DNA of 64,000 bases from an uncultured Methanolobus sp. (GCA_963675495.1 OY776215.1:1824001-1888000), one strand, 5' to 3'. Positions 42,935 to 54,082 are shown, counted from the stretch's first letter. The notes: a model not told the origin generated them from the sequence alone. Program-made: numbers and translations.

Positions 42935-45058
42935 TTATTCAACTCCTACGGAACCTATTTTTTCTACTAGTTTTGAGAGCACTTCTGTGCGCATACCTTC
43001 TACGAATTTTATACTTCCGACGACAAGGTGTCCTCCACCGTTGACTCCTCCGCCTTTTACCTCTTCGTAGAGTTCCCTTACCATCTGTGGTATGTTCATC
43101 ATGACTCCTTTTGAGCGGATAACAGCAAAGTCAGGTCCGTATCCTATAGTTACGACAGGTTTGTCTCCGTATCTCTGACACAATTTGTCGTGAACTTCTC
43201 CTGAAGTTTTTCCGGGAGGTGGGAACGTGAACTTGTGAGCATGGTTCTCAACATCGAGAACATTCAGGACAGCTCCGTTTGGAAGGTCCTGTGCTTTCAC
43301 GTGTAACATACATACATCTATCTGTTCGGCTATCATTTCGTTTGCCTGTTCGCAAAACACGTTGACAAGGTTCTTGTGTATCAGGTGGTCGCCAAAGTCC
43401 AGGATATCGTCAACGATGCCTTTTCCGCTGTTGAACTTAAGCCAGTACGCCGCAAAGTCAAGGGCAAGTGCCATATCTTTGAGGTTCTGCAGGGTATACT
43501 TGTCAGATACCAGTTCTATGTATCTTTTTGCCTCTTCTGCTTCTGAGCGGTCACCAAGAGCAGCTACTGCAGGGAGGTGCTTGATATCATCTTCCACGTT
43601 GACATTTATCATGCGTGCTACTTCGGTACAGAGCATACCTGCTGTCATACCGAAATCTCCTCCGACATGTGCCGGGTTAACATGGGTTAGTAGGTATTTG
43701 TCAACCTCATCATCGGGCTGGTGGTGGTCCATGACTATCATCTGGATGCCGTATACCTGTGCCTGCCTCATTGCAGTCACGTTCTCTATGGAGGATCCAT
43801 TGTCCACACTTATGACGAGTGGCATCTTTTGTCCATGTCTTGCCACATCTTCAAGGGCAAAGTTGATATCACGGACGACATCCGTCATTTCGTAGAATGG
43901 TGCCTTTGAAGGTGCACGTTTGTAGAAGTAATATTCTCCGTCCTGTCCGTTCACTTCTCTTATGAGTGGAATAATGGCCTTCTCAATGGCCAGAGCCGCG
44001 GTCATTCCGTCAGCATCTGCATGGTGACGCAATAGGATAGGGGTAGATTTGATAATTGCCTTCCTTATTTCCTTTGCAGCTTTCTTCATGGTTGGCCTGA
44101 GTTTCTCAAGGACCTCACTCTCAACCATATATTCTATCTCATATGGTTCTGCCCTGCTGTCAATGGCAGCTTCTATGCGCTGGAGTATCTCAGTTTCCTG
44201 TGGTCCGGTTAGTCTTTTAAGGCTCTGGATCTCAAGCTGGACACTACCTCCACGGGAAGATATGTCTCCTGTGGCTGCAACTATCATGTCAGAGTCTATT
44301 TGAGGGTATGCTCTTTCACCGGCACTCTCAAAAGCAGCACCTGAGACCTGCCCTGTTTCGTCAGCAATAGTAAAGATAGTTGGTCCTGCTGTTTGCTTGA
44401 CCTGAATGACCTCTCCCTGGATCTTTACCTTTTTGCCCACCAATTGGGTGACTTCGCTTGCAAGTTTTATTGGGAGGTCCTTTTCAAGTTCCACGGTCTC
44501 GTATTCTTTGAGCTTACGCGGTACCAGATCCATTTTACCTCTTGGTTTTATTTCCTTGAGGCCTACAATTACAGCTTCTCCTACTTCCAGTGGTCCACTC
44601 ATATTGCTTGAATGTATAAGTCCCCTGAGATTGGAATTGAGGTCAACGAAAACTCCGAATTCCGCAATGTTCCTGACGACTGAATGATACATCTTACCAA
44701 CTTCAAGTTCATCCAGGGTGCATGAGTTGTCAAGCTTGTACACGATCTGTTTCTTTGTACATGAGGAACAAACTTCATTCCCTTCGTAAAGCCTGTCCAT
44801 AGGTGTTCCACATATCTTACACTTGTAAAAAATACCTTTACCGGAGCATGCAACGCATGTCTCCCTGTCCTCTATCTCTCCGCTTCCTCCACAGTTATTA
44901 CAGGAAGAGCCATTCTTCAAAAAACTGGCCATATCCTTTTCTGAAAGCTTCATAAAGTCTACTGACTTTGATTTCCCAGTACCTTTGCATTCCGGACATT
45001 TGGTAGTGCCAGTGACACTATAGCCTTTTCCGTTGCAATCCTTACATTTCTCGCTCAT
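42935..45058 (-). CDS. RecJ-like DHH phosphoesterase with DnaJ-type Zn finger, S1 and OB domains
   Basis: CxxCxGxG repeats, RHHADADG, DNGS, DHH, GGGH. Confidence 0.9.
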   Translation of the reverse strand: MSEKCKDCNGKGYSVTGTTKCPECKGTGKSKSVDFMKLSEKDMASFLKNGSSCNNCGGSGEIEDRETCVACSGKGIFYKCKICGTPMDRLYEGNEVCSSCTKKQIVYKLDNSCTLDELEVGKMYHSVVRNIAEFGVFVDLNSNLRGLIHSSNMSGPLEVGEAVIVGLKEIKPRGKMDLVPRKLKEYETVELEKDLPIKLASEVTQLVGKKVKIQGEVIQVKQTAGPTIFTIADETGQVSGAAFESAGERAYPQIDSDMIVAATGDISSRGGSVQLEIQSLKRLTGPQETEILQRIEAAIDSRAEPYEIEYMVESEVLEKLRPTMKKAAKEIRKAIIKSTPILLRHHADADGMTAALAIEKAIIPLIREVNGQDGEYYFYKRAPSKAPFYEMTDVVRDINFALEDVARHGQKMPLVISVDNGSSIENVTAMRQAQVYGIQMIVMDHHQPDDEVDKYLLTHVNPAHVGGDFGMTAGMLCTEVARMINVNVEDDIKHLPAVAALGDRSEAEEAKRYIELVSDKYTLQNLKDMALALDFAAYWLKFNSGKGIVDDILDFGDHLIHKNLVNVFCEQANEMIAEQIDVCMLHVKAQDLPNGAVLNVLDVENHAHKFTFPPPGKTSGEVHDKLCQRYGDKPVVTIGYGPDFAVIRSKGVMMNIPQMVRELYEEVKGGGVNGGGHLVVGSIKFVEGMRTEVLSKLVEKIGSVGVE

Positions 45059-45468
45059 TGTATCTAGTGTTAGATAGTATATGTTGGATTTATGTGTTTG
45101 CTTGTGCTTAAGAGACAAAACGGACCGACAATTATATATTGCATTTGTATATTAGCCGCATGTACTTGTTTTTGAAATCTAGTTTGAAATTATTAACATC
45201 AAAATCAATCACATTAATAAACGATAAACGAGTTCTATAATTTGTTGGGTCTGAACTGTTATTTCAATAATAACAATAGCTTTCATGCTTTCGTGTACAT
45301 CCCCTCAAACAAGAATTCAGACCCAGCCTTCTATAAAAACTCAATCTCCTGTTTTTGTCTTCCTCTTCTTGTATTATTCTAAATTCTTTCCTTATAGTCA
45401 CCGATATATTCTTAAGAAACAGGTTCTTTATATATACTATACTTAAAATTATTCAGGAGAGTGGTTAC

Positions 45469-46233
45469 ATGCCTTTAGTTGATTTTATTTTACCTTTAGC
45501 TATCGTGGCAGTTTTTATACTGTCCAAAGCGATCAAGATCGTAAATGAATATGAACGTGTTGTTATCTTCCGTCTGGGAAGATTAAGCGGGATAAAAGGT
45601 CCCGGTCTGTTCCTGATCATCCCTATAATCGATACGGTTGTGAAGATAGACCTGCGTGTTGTCACTATTGATGTACCCAAACAGGCGGTCATAACCAAGG
45701 ATAACGTAACAGTAGCTGTTGATGCTGTAGTCTATTATCAGGTAATTGACCCTTCAAAGGCTGTCAATGAGGTCGAGAACTTCAAGTATGCTACTGCTAT
45801 GCTTTCACAAACGACACTGCGTGATGTTATCGGCCAGATAGACCTTGATGATGTTCTTTCAAAAAGAGATGATATCAACAAGAGTATTCAGGAATCACTG
45901 GACATTTCCACTGACCCGTGGGGTATCAAGGTTACTAGTGTTACTTTAAGAGATGTCAGTATAGACGATACCATGCTGCGTGCAATTGCAAAGCAGGCGG
46001 AAGCAGAGCGTGAGAAGCGATCCCGTATCATACTTGCAGACGGTGAGTTCATTGCCGCTACAAAGATGAAAGATGCTGCACGCCTTTACGAGGAAGTGCC
46101 GGTTGCCATCAAACTCAGGGAACTGCAGACATATGCCGAAATAGCAAGGGAAAAGAATATGATCGTCGTGGCCAACTCAGCAAATGTTGGGGAAGTTGCA
46201 GCCCTTTCAAAGGCCTTTACTAAGAAAGATTGA
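45469..46233 (+). CDS. SPFH/stomatin (slipin) family protein
   Basis: EYERVVIFRLGR, TKDNV, QTTLR, AKQAEAEREKR; AGGAG RBS. Confidence 0.92.
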   Translation: MPLVDFILPLAIVAVFILSKAIKIVNEYERVVIFRLGRLSGIKGPGLFLIIPIIDTVVKIDLRVVTIDVPKQAVITKDNVTVAVDAVVYYQVIDPSKAVNEVENFKYATAMLSQTTLRDVIGQIDLDDVLSKRDDINKSIQESLDISTDPWGIKVTSVTLRDVSIDDTMLRAIAKQAEAEREKRSRIILADGEFIAATKMKDAARLYEEVPVAIKLRELQTYAEIAREKNMIVVANSANVGEVAALSKAFTKKD

Positions 46234-46244
46234 ATGGAGGAAAT

Positions 46245-47573
46245 ATGAGACACAAGTGCCGGTTGTTCCTGAGCACTTTTCTTTTTTTGACATTGGCCTT
46301 GTCCCTGTTATCAGGTCTGGCATGCGCTGCCGGGCAGGAGAAAGTACTGGTTCTTGATATCTCAGATTCTATCACTCCGGTTTCAGATGACATTGTAGCT
46401 GATGCCATAGCATTTGCAGAGAACGATGACTATGAAGCTCTTGTGATCACTCTTAATACTCCTGGTGGAGGACTGGATGAAACTCTTGATATCATTGAAC
46501 AGATCGCTGCAACCGATGTCCCTGTTATAGGATTTGTCTATCCCGAAGGGACAAAAGCATGGTCTGCAGGCACTCTTATTTTGATAAGTACGGACATCGC
46601 CGCAATGGCGCCATACACTATCATAGGTTCTGCACAGCCTGTCACTGTAACAGCCAGCGGTTCTGAACCTGTTGAAGAGGCCAAGATAATCAATGCCCTT
46701 GTGAAAAGGGCCACAGAAAATGCGAAAAAGCACGACCGCAACCAGACGGCCGCAGAGGAGTTCATTACCGAGAACCTCAATCTTGATGCGGATACTGCTC
46801 TTGAGTATGATGTTATTGAGTATGTTGCCCCTTCAATAGATGATCTTATGTCACAGGTCGACGGGGTAGAGGTCAAAGAAAGGGTGCTGAATACAGAGGG
46901 TGCGGATATAACGTATTATGAACCATCCCTGCGCCTTGCATTCATGAACATCATCTCTAATCCCATAGTGTCCTCGTTGCTTCTGCTCCTTGGAGTCTAT
47001 GCAATAATACTGGGAATTTCAAATCCAGGATTTGGCGCGGAACTTTTCGGTATAGTTGCCATTGCTCTGGGACTGATTGGTACCGGATTTGATGTGAATA
47101 TCGGTGCTCTGTTCCTCATAATCGTTGGTGTGATATTGCTTGTGCTGGAATTCCAGGCTCCGGGTTTCGGGGTTTTCGGAATAGCGGGGTTTGTATGCAT
47201 AATTGCTGGCAGTGTACTGCTGGCTCCTACGGATTTCCCACGCAACTATACGCCTGCGGAATTCCAGAGGACGCTGATAATTTCGGTCTCAGCCCCGACT
47301 ATTGTCCTCGGGCTTTTCCTTGTTTTTGTCATTTACAAGGTGGTTGAGGTAAGAAAGAGACGACCGTTGTTCGGTGAACTGGTCGGTGACAGTGCGCAGG
47401 CTCTTGACCCTATCGGTAATGGTCAGGAAGGGTACGTTCTCCACCATGGGCAATACTGGAAAGCACGCTCATCGGACATAATTGAAAAAGACGATAAAGT
47501 GACAATAATTGAAAAAGATGGTGTGGTGCTTGTGGTTGAGAAATTAGAGAAAGAGGGTGAATTAGATACGTAA
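46245..47573 (+). CDS. NfeD family membrane-bound serine protease
   Basis: LNTPGG, AWSAG, IGSAQP, TM bundle, C-terminal OB (GQYWKA); stomatin partner. Confidence 0.9.
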   Translation: MRHKCRLFLSTFLFLTLALSLLSGLACAAGQEKVLVLDISDSITPVSDDIVADAIAFAENDDYEALVITLNTPGGGLDETLDIIEQIAATDVPVIGFVYPEGTKAWSAGTLILISTDIAAMAPYTIIGSAQPVTVTASGSEPVEEAKIINALVKRATENAKKHDRNQTAAEEFITENLNLDADTALEYDVIEYVAPSIDDLMSQVDGVEVKERVLNTEGADITYYEPSLRLAFMNIISNPIVSSLLLLLGVYAIILGISNPGFGAELFGIVAIALGLIGTGFDVNIGALFLIIVGVILLVLEFQAPGFGVFGIAGFVCIIAGSVLLAPTDFPRNYTPAEFQRTLIISVSAPTIVLGLFLVFVIYKVVEVRKRRPLFGELVGDSAQALDPIGNGQEGYVLHHGQYWKARSSDIIEKDDKVTIIEKDGVVLVVEKLEKEGELDT

Positions 47574-47602
47574 TATAAAGAAATAAGAAAGGCAAAACCT
47601 TT

Positions 47603-48922
47603 CTATTTTCTTTTTACCATTTCTATTACACGTTTCTTTTTTTCGATGGCATTGAGTGCTGCTGTATCAATTGCTTTTTTCATCTCATCGTAGTCACGTG
47701 GGTTCTTGTCACCTATCATTTTCTTGATGGGGGTGTATGCTGATTCCCTAAAGCGTGGCGTGAAATCCCTGACCTCTCCGTCAATTGTTATTTCAGAACC
47801 TGTGCCTTCCACTACTTTTCCGATAACTGCAATGTCTACATCTGCACTTCGTATGGTCTTCATTATATCTTCAGCGTATTCTTCAGGTGCAATTATAAGC
47901 AAAGCATCAAGAGATACTCCAAGATAATCAATTTCCAAAGACTCAAGCATCTCAAGGACTACTGGATTGACGAGTTTTCTCATCTTCTTCTCTTCGAATG
48001 TGAGTTTGACACCTGCTGTTCTGGATATTTCCTTTGCATCTCCGCGGATACCGCCGTTTGTGACATCTGTCATTGCATGGATGTGTTTCACAAGGCCGGA
48101 TTCCAGCAGTTTATCACATGCTTCCAGGAATTTTATATTGATGGTTTCATCCACAATATCATGCATTTCATAATAGAGCGCTGTTGTGGATATGGTTCCA
48201 CCTCCTGCCCCCTCTGTCATGAGTATAACGTCTCCTACCTGTGTCTGCTCACGTGATGTCAGGTCTGCTGAAACTCCCACGGCACCGACTGCACCGGTCA
48301 TGCGTTCACCTATGACCATGTCACCACCGATTCTAAGGGTGCTGCCTGTTATGAGTGGGATGCCTGATAGCTCGGCAACTGCGGTTATACCTGCTATGTG
48401 GTCAAAGATCTTGCCGACATCACCATCATCGGCCACGTGGATATCTGATAACATTGCAATGGGTCTTGAACCCATGACGTATACGTCACGCAGTGCTGCT
48501 CTTGCAACGTGGAATCCTGCAAGGAATGAGTAATCGCTAAGTCTGGAATGCATTCCATCAACAGTGAGGATTACATATTCTCCACCGTCTGCTTTGACAA
48601 CTCCTGAGTCATCAAGGTGGGTGGTGTCAACGACCGCTTCGGTCTTTCCGATTACCTCAGCTATCTTTTCATGAGTGTAGAAATCGCCAAGACCTCTGGA
48701 ACCAACGCCAAACTCTCCCATTGTAACACCGGAAACCGTGGGTTCAAGTACGTCTCCTTTCAGATCAAGGGTAGCTCTGGCTTCAGTGATCGTTGCCTGT
48801 GCGAGTTTACGTGCATGTTCGGGACTTGTCTTTTTTACTTCAAGTATCCTGGCAGTGAGTTTATCTTCGATGTCAGACTCGTTGTTTTTAAGCCCTCGTT
48901 TTGCGTAGCCTTCGATATCCAT
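47603..48922 (-). CDS. AIR synthase-related protein (methanogen conserved)
   Basis: GVGSRG.GDF, DGMHSRLS, AMTDVTNGGIRGD. Confidence 0.85.
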   Translation of the reverse strand: MDIEGYAKRGLKNNESDIEDKLTARILEVKKTSPEHARKLAQATITEARATLDLKGDVLEPTVSGVTMGEFGVGSRGLGDFYTHEKIAEVIGKTEAVVDTTHLDDSGVVKADGGEYVILTVDGMHSRLSDYSFLAGFHVARAALRDVYVMGSRPIAMLSDIHVADDGDVGKIFDHIAGITAVAELSGIPLITGSTLRIGGDMVIGERMTGAVGAVGVSADLTSREQTQVGDVILMTEGAGGGTISTTALYYEMHDIVDETINIKFLEACDKLLESGLVKHIHAMTDVTNGGIRGDAKEISRTAGVKLTFEEKKMRKLVNPVVLEMLESLEIDYLGVSLDALLIIAPEEYAEDIMKTIRSADVDIAVIGKVVEGTGSEITIDGEVRDFTPRFRESAYTPIKKMIGDKNPRDYDEMKKAIDTAALNAIEKKKRVIEMVKRK

Positions 48923-48934
48923 GTTATCATCTCT

Positions 48935-49543
48935 TTAGCACATATTAACAAAGTTCTTCAACATCTTAAGGCCCACATCACCGCTTTTCTCTGGGTGGAA
49001 TTGAGTGCCAATGACATTACCTGCATCATTGACCACGGCGGCTGCAAAGTCTGTGCCATAATCACATGATATGAGCGTGTTCTTCTCTCCGGTGTCCACA
49101 AAATATGAGTGAACAAAGTAAACAAAGGACCCATCAGGGATGTCTTCAAAAAGAGGGTGCCTTTGTGTTATTTTTATTGAGTTCCAACCCATGTGCGGAA
49201 CTTTAAGCTCAGAATGTGGGAATCTGAGTACCTTACCCTTTACAAGGTCAAGACCTTCTGTGACACCGCCTTCCTCTGATGTGCTCATCATCATCTGCTG
49301 TCCCAGGCAGATACCAAGCATTGGTTTGCCCGAGGCAACATACTCATCGATAGTGTTTCGCACTTTCTCTACGTTCTTCATTGCGTCCCTGAATGCCCCG
49401 ACACCGGGAAGGATTACACCGTCTGCACTTTTAATCTCTGCAGGGTCGCTTGATATGAGTACGTTGGCACCTGCGTGTTCCAGTCCTTTTTGAACACTCC
49501 TTAGGTTGCCAAGTCCGTAATCGATGATGACTATCTTCTTCAT
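48935..49543 (-). CDS. hisH: Imidazole glycerol phosphate synthase glutaminase subunit
   Basis: DYGLGNL, LPGVG, GICLG, PHMGWN, YFVHSY, QFHPEKS. Confidence 0.96.
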   Translation of the reverse strand: MKKIVIIDYGLGNLRSVQKGLEHAGANVLISSDPAEIKSADGVILPGVGAFRDAMKNVEKVRNTIDEYVASGKPMLGICLGQQMMMSTSEEGGVTEGLDLVKGKVLRFPHSELKVPHMGWNSIKITQRHPLFEDIPDGSFVYFVHSYFVDTGEKNTLISCDYGTDFAAAVVNDAGNVIGTQFHPEKSGDVGLKMLKNFVNMC

Positions 49544-49680
49544 GTGTGAATTAAAGAATGGTTTTGGTACATGAATGTAACGATAATTAGTTGGTAAGGA
49601 ATAATTATTTACGTTTTGTTGGCAAGTATCAAAAGGATATCATTTGATTCTAACATGCACTCTTAAAAAGGAGCTACAAT

Positions 49681-50370
49681 ATGCCAGAGGAAGATATTAC
49701 AAAAAATTTGAAAGACATGGTTTTTGGATTAGGTACTGATTTTGTTGGTATTGCCGATTCAAGGGCATTTGAAAGTCCGGATTATGTGGGAAACAAGCCC
49801 CAGGACGTGATGCCTGATCTGAAATCCGTTGTGATACTTGGTGTTTCCGTGCCCAATGGAGCTTTTGATACATTGCCCAAAGGAAGGGCTGAGTATACCA
49901 ATACACTCATGGCGGCTACAGCTACACTCAGGATTATTGCATTTCAGATAGCTAAATTCATAGAGAAGAGCGGATACAAGGCAACAATAGCTCCAAGTGA
50001 AGGAAGTGAATTCGGATATTGGTATGCTGACCGTGAGACACTGAAAGGAGATTTTTCCTTTAAATATGCTGCATATAATGCAGGACTTGGAAACTTTGGT
50101 ATGAACCATCTTCTTATTACAAAAGATTTCGGACCAAGAATACGAATGACTGCCATACTTACCGATGCACCTTTTGCTCAGGCGAAAACACCTCAGATGC
50201 CTTTGGTCAATGATTCATGCAGGGATTGTCTGAAGTGTATAGAGATATGTCCTGTAGGTGCTCTGACGGAAGAAGGTGTGATTTACAGGGAAAAGTGTGC
50301 GGATTATATGTTCAATGTCCTCGGAGGACTAAGATGTGGGTTGTGTTTGAAAGTGTGTCCACTCTATTGA
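49681..50370 (+). CDS. Epoxyqueuosine reductase/reductive dehalogenase-like 4Fe-4S protein
   Basis: AGLG.FG.N.L, FGPRIR, CRDCLKCIEICP, CGLCLKVCP. Confidence 0.8.
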   Translation: MPEEDITKNLKDMVFGLGTDFVGIADSRAFESPDYVGNKPQDVMPDLKSVVILGVSVPNGAFDTLPKGRAEYTNTLMAATATLRIIAFQIAKFIEKSGYKATIAPSEGSEFGYWYADRETLKGDFSFKYAAYNAGLGNFGMNHLLITKDFGPRIRMTAILTDAPFAQAKTPQMPLVNDSCRDCLKCIEICPVGALTEEGVIYREKCADYMFNVLGGLRCGLCLKVCPLY

Positions 50371-50741
50371 TTCGGAAGGATTTTAGTTCTAAGAACCCTC
50401 TATTTTTTACTCTCAATAAGCAGATGGTACAAATACTGTCTTCTCTCAGTACTTTTTAGTTTTTTCTGATCATGAATGAAAAACACATTTTCCAGCTCAT
50501 GTGGCCTTAAGGCTGTTTTTTAGGTCAGTATTTGTAAATTTATGATCTTACTGGTATGTTGATGCATTCTACTTGTTAGGGAAAAGTCATCGTTTGGTAC
50601 TTTTTACTCCCAGTCTTTTCCAGTTTCTCAAAATCTTCGTTCTAATCCTTGGATACTAAATTATTCAGCACACTATATAAAAATCAGGAACAAAACAATA
50701 AATTTATATCTAATGTACATTTCATTGCATTCGGTGATTTT

Positions 50742-51230
50742 TTGACCATTCTTGAAAAACTGTTTAATGACGATAGGGCAATTGAGCTTCCTATCAATAT
50801 CGTTGTAATGCTGGTGGTTGGTATGGTTGCTCTTGCGGCACTTGTAGCGATAATCCCTCCTCCAACTAAGAATATGTCCGTGAATATTATTGAATCAGGC
50901 GAGCAAAGTGCAGGCTCAACTCCTGGTAATACTATTATCGTGGATTCAACAGTAGCAAATTCTCCATTTGACGTCGATGTTGATATATCTGTGTCCGATC
51001 CAGATGGTTATCCTGTGAGGGATGCAAATGTTATCTTACGTGGACTTGGTGGAGTGGCAACAGGTATTACAGATAACGATGGTAATTGCTCTCTCAGCAC
51101 AACAAGCAGTAGCTCACCTGTAAGCCTTGGTTCCAACCAGAACGAAGGAACTCTGGATTTAACAATCTCAGCTAACGGTTTCTATGATTTTGAAAAGACA
51201 GATGCTGTAATGGTTGTCAGGACTTCATGA
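50742..51230 (+). CDS. Pilin-like protein (class III signal peptide) with Ig/carboxypeptidase-regulatory-like domain
   Basis: TTG start after GGTGA; DDRA|IELPINIVVMLVVG hydrophobic helix; PVRDANV...GITD..G. Confidence 0.65.
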   Translation: MTILEKLFNDDRAIELPINIVVMLVVGMVALAALVAIIPPPTKNMSVNIIESGEQSAGSTPGNTIIVDSTVANSPFDVDVDISVSDPDGYPVRDANVILRGLGGVATGITDNDGNCSLSTTSSSSPVSLGSNQNEGTLDLTISANGFYDFEKTDAVMVVRTS

Positions 51231-51260
51231 TCCTGACATCTATTTTCTTTTAAGATTATC

Positions 51261-51692
51261 ATGTTCTCTGATGAATCTGCATCCGTAGGCCTTCCCATAA
51301 GGATCGTGGTGCTCACGATAATCGGGATGATCGGCATCTATGTGATAGTCGCTTCTATCATGAGCACTCCCTTTGTTCCGGGTTCTATGTTCGCGTCTTC
51401 AAATTGCAGCAGCTTCAACATGAATGGAACTGTTTGTGATTCTCCTGATCTGGTAGTCAGTGTCTTTGACAATGACAGAAGGCCTATTGGCGGTGCTAAT
51501 GTCATAGTCTGGGGACCGTGTAAGGAAAAAGCTGTAGGCGGTGTCACTGATGGCAATGGTGACTTCCATTACAAACTGCTGAACATTTCCCTGCCGCAGG
51601 GAAAAACGGAAGGCTATCTTTCTGTCAAGGTAATGCAGGAAGGCTATCTGGATTATACCAATGATTTCCTCTTGAAAGTTAAAAAAGTATGA
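51261..51692 (+). CDS. Second pilin-like protein, paralogous architecture
   Basis: DESA|SVGLPIRIVVLTIIG; PIGGANV...GVTDGNG. Confidence 0.6.
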   Translation: MFSDESASVGLPIRIVVLTIIGMIGIYVIVASIMSTPFVPGSMFASSNCSSFNMNGTVCDSPDLVVSVFDNDRRPIGGANVIVWGPCKEKAVGGVTDGNGDFHYKLLNISLPQGKTEGYLSVKVMQEGYLDYTNDFLLKVKKV

Positions 51693-51761
51693 GATTCCGG
51701 TTGTGGAATTCTCCTGCGTGTTTTTTTAGATACTTATTTTATGGGTGGTTTTTGTTTTGCT

Positions 51762-52451
51762 TCATGCACTCTTGCTGTTTGCCATATAGAATTTCAAGAG
51801 CACCGCCATTGCAAATACAAAGGCAACAGCAAATGAGAAATAGGCAGATCGTATGACATCCCAGCGTCCGGCCGTGATGAGTACTCCGGTGAGTATCAGT
51901 ATGGCGGCTCCCACAATGCCTGAAAGCTCCACAGGAACCTTTACTGAACCTATATTGATGCGGTTGTGATTCTCAGCTTTCTCAAGGCGCATGTTAAGTT
52001 GCGATATCTCGTTTTTGATCTCAAGCGTGAATGCTTCAGCATTTTCATTTTTATCCTGGCCAAGTTGTTCCGAGAGCTTCAGATTTTCTTCCCGAAGCTC
52101 TGTTATCTGTGAGTTAAGAACGGCAAGTTCTGAGCCAAATTCCTGTATCCTTGTCTCAAAATCCGGGTTCTGGAGATTGCCATGTTTTAGTTCATCAATC
52201 TCAGAACGAACGGAGTTAATCTCTTCTTTCGTACTCTCGATAGCTTCCTCAAAAACAACGTTAGTCTCATATTCCGGGATAGCATCTTCCAGGGGAACGT
52301 CCACTGAGAGCCTGCGTTCCACTGCACGTAATCGTTTTTCCACGCTTCGAACGGTCTGGTCAAGAGAGTGTAACCTGCCGTTGATGTCTTCTTTTATCTG
52401 ATTCTCGTTTTTCAAGGTCTGTCCACCAACAAACCTGTCATTTTTTATCAA
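51762..52451 (-). CDS. Hypothetical coiled-coil protein with two C-terminal TM helices
   Basis: Heptad-rich middle, hydrophobic C-terminus. Confidence 0.7.
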   Translation of the reverse strand: MIKNDRFVGGQTLKNENQIKEDINGRLHSLDQTVRSVEKRLRAVERRLSVDVPLEDAIPEYETNVVFEEAIESTKEEINSVRSEIDELKHGNLQNPDFETRIQEFGSELAVLNSQITELREENLKLSEQLGQDKNENAEAFTLEIKNEISQLNMRLEKAENHNRINIGSVKVPVELSGIVGAAILILTGVLITAGRWDVIRSAYFSFAVAFVFAMAVLLKFYMANSKSA

Positions 52452-52477
52452 AGGTATTAAAATCCTTCGATTCTATC

Positions 52478-52741
52478 TCAAGTTTCAGATAATTGAAGCG
52501 TTATATTCTCAGGAGTGACATTAAGGACGTAGTACTTTTGTTTGTCCAGCCTGATGTAGGTGGAATTTTTAGGATAGAAAAGGTTCAGCCCATTCCCATG
52601 ATAACTTTTTGATAAAAGGAGCTCGATAGAAAATGAATTATCACCGGACATCCCATCGTACATTATATCTAAGGAGGTTCCGAAAAAGCTGCTTTTTATC
52701 TTTCTCCTTCCTCCGGTTGCAATGGTAAATGCTTCTGCCAT
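52478..52741 (-). CDS. Hypothetical protein
   Basis: 87-aa ORF with GGAGG RBS, co-oriented with neighbours. Confidence 0.55.
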   Translation of the reverse strand: MAEAFTIATGGRRKIKSSFFGTSLDIMYDGMSGDNSFSIELLLSKSYHGNGLNLFYPKNSTYIRLDKQKYYVLNVTPENITLQLSET

Positions 52742-52786
52742 GGCTTCCTCCTTTGATAATAATACTGTTCTGTGTTACTGGCTCGC

Positions 52787-54082
52787 TTACCAGCAAATCC
52801 CTTCATAATCGATTTCGACACTGAGTTTTTCAGGCTTTATCAGATGCCTGCCGTCTATGACGATCCTGTTTGCCATGAGCTCGAACTCTTTGTCCAGTTT
52901 CCTGAACTCGTCCCACTCTGTCATTATAAGGCATCCATCGGCCTCTTGCAGGGCCTCGGATGAGTTCTTGCAATATGTGATATTGTGGAATATCTTCTTC
53001 ATACTCTCCTCTGCCATGGGGTCGTATGCAGCAACATCAGCTTCAAGTCGCAGCAGTTCAGCTATTACAGGGATGGAGCGTGATTCTCTGATATCATCGG
53101 TGTCGTTCTTGAAGGCCAGACCAAGCACGGCGATTCTCTTGTTCTTGAGATTCTCGAGTTTCTTTTGGAGCAGTTCCACCATCTTCAGGGGCTGCTTGTC
53201 ATTCACACCCACCACGGACTTGAGTAGCTGTGGTTCGTATCCGATGTCCTTTGCTTTACCAATTATAGCCTTGACGTCCTTGGGGAAACATGAACCGCCA
53301 AAACCGGCACCGCAGTTGAGGAATTGGCGTTCTATTCTGAAGTCTGTGCCCACGGCATCCATGACCTCGTAGGTGTCGATACCAAGCTGCTTGCAGATGT
53401 TTCCAATTTCGTTCGCGAAGGATATCTTTGTTGCCAGAAATGAGTTGTTGACGTATTTGATCATCTCGGCTGTCCTGGGATTGGTATGCGTGACCTCGCA
53501 GTCCAGCTTGCGGTAGAGTTCGGACACTACAAAGAATGACCTCTCATCTATGGCACCCACCACGATCTTGTCAGGGTGCATGAAATCATAGACAGCCTTG
53601 CCTTCTCTCAAAAACTCCGGGTTCATGGCAACTCCGAAATCCTTTCCTGCCTTTTTGCCGGAGTACTCTTCAACGGTAGTCAGCACAACCTTCTCAGTTG
53701 TCTCAGGCACCACGGTACTCTTGACAACAATAACATGATAGTGATCCTTCTTCGCAATAGCTTTTCCAAGGCTGGCACTTGCAGCCTTCACAATGGAGAG
53801 GTCGATGCTCCCGTCCTCTCCAGATGGCGTCCCCACACAGATAAATGAAGCATCGGAATTCTGCACCGCATAATCATAATCCGATGTTGCAATGAGTGTT
53901 TTCTGTGTATGCTTTTCCATGAGCTCATCCAGCCCCTCCTCCCAGATAGGTGCAATCCCTGCATTGATCTGTTTTACCTTCTCTTCGTCAATGTCAATAC
54001 AGATAACTTCGTGACCAAGTTCTGCAAAGCATGCGGCTGAGACCGACCCGACATAGCCTGAACCTATAATTGATACTTTCAT
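52787..54082 (-). CDS. UDP-glucose/GDP-mannose dehydrogenase
   Basis: GSGYVG, CVGTP, KSTV, NPEFLREG, GFGGSCFPKD. Confidence 0.95.
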   Translation of the reverse strand: MKVSIIGSGYVGSVSAACFAELGHEVICIDIDEEKVKQINAGIAPIWEEGLDELMEKHTQKTLIATSDYDYAVQNSDASFICVGTPSGEDGSIDLSIVKAASASLGKAIAKKDHYHVIVVKSTVVPETTEKVVLTTVEEYSGKKAGKDFGVAMNPEFLREGKAVYDFMHPDKIVVGAIDERSFFVVSELYRKLDCEVTHTNPRTAEMIKYVNNSFLATKISFANEIGNICKQLGIDTYEVMDAVGTDFRIERQFLNCGAGFGGSCFPKDVKAIIGKAKDIGYEPQLLKSVVGVNDKQPLKMVELLQKKLENLKNKRIAVLGLAFKNDTDDIRESRSIPVIAELLRLEADVAAYDPMAEESMKKIFHNITYCKNSSEALQEADGCLIMTEWDEFRKLDKEFELMANRIVIDGRHLIKPEKLSVEIDYEGICW

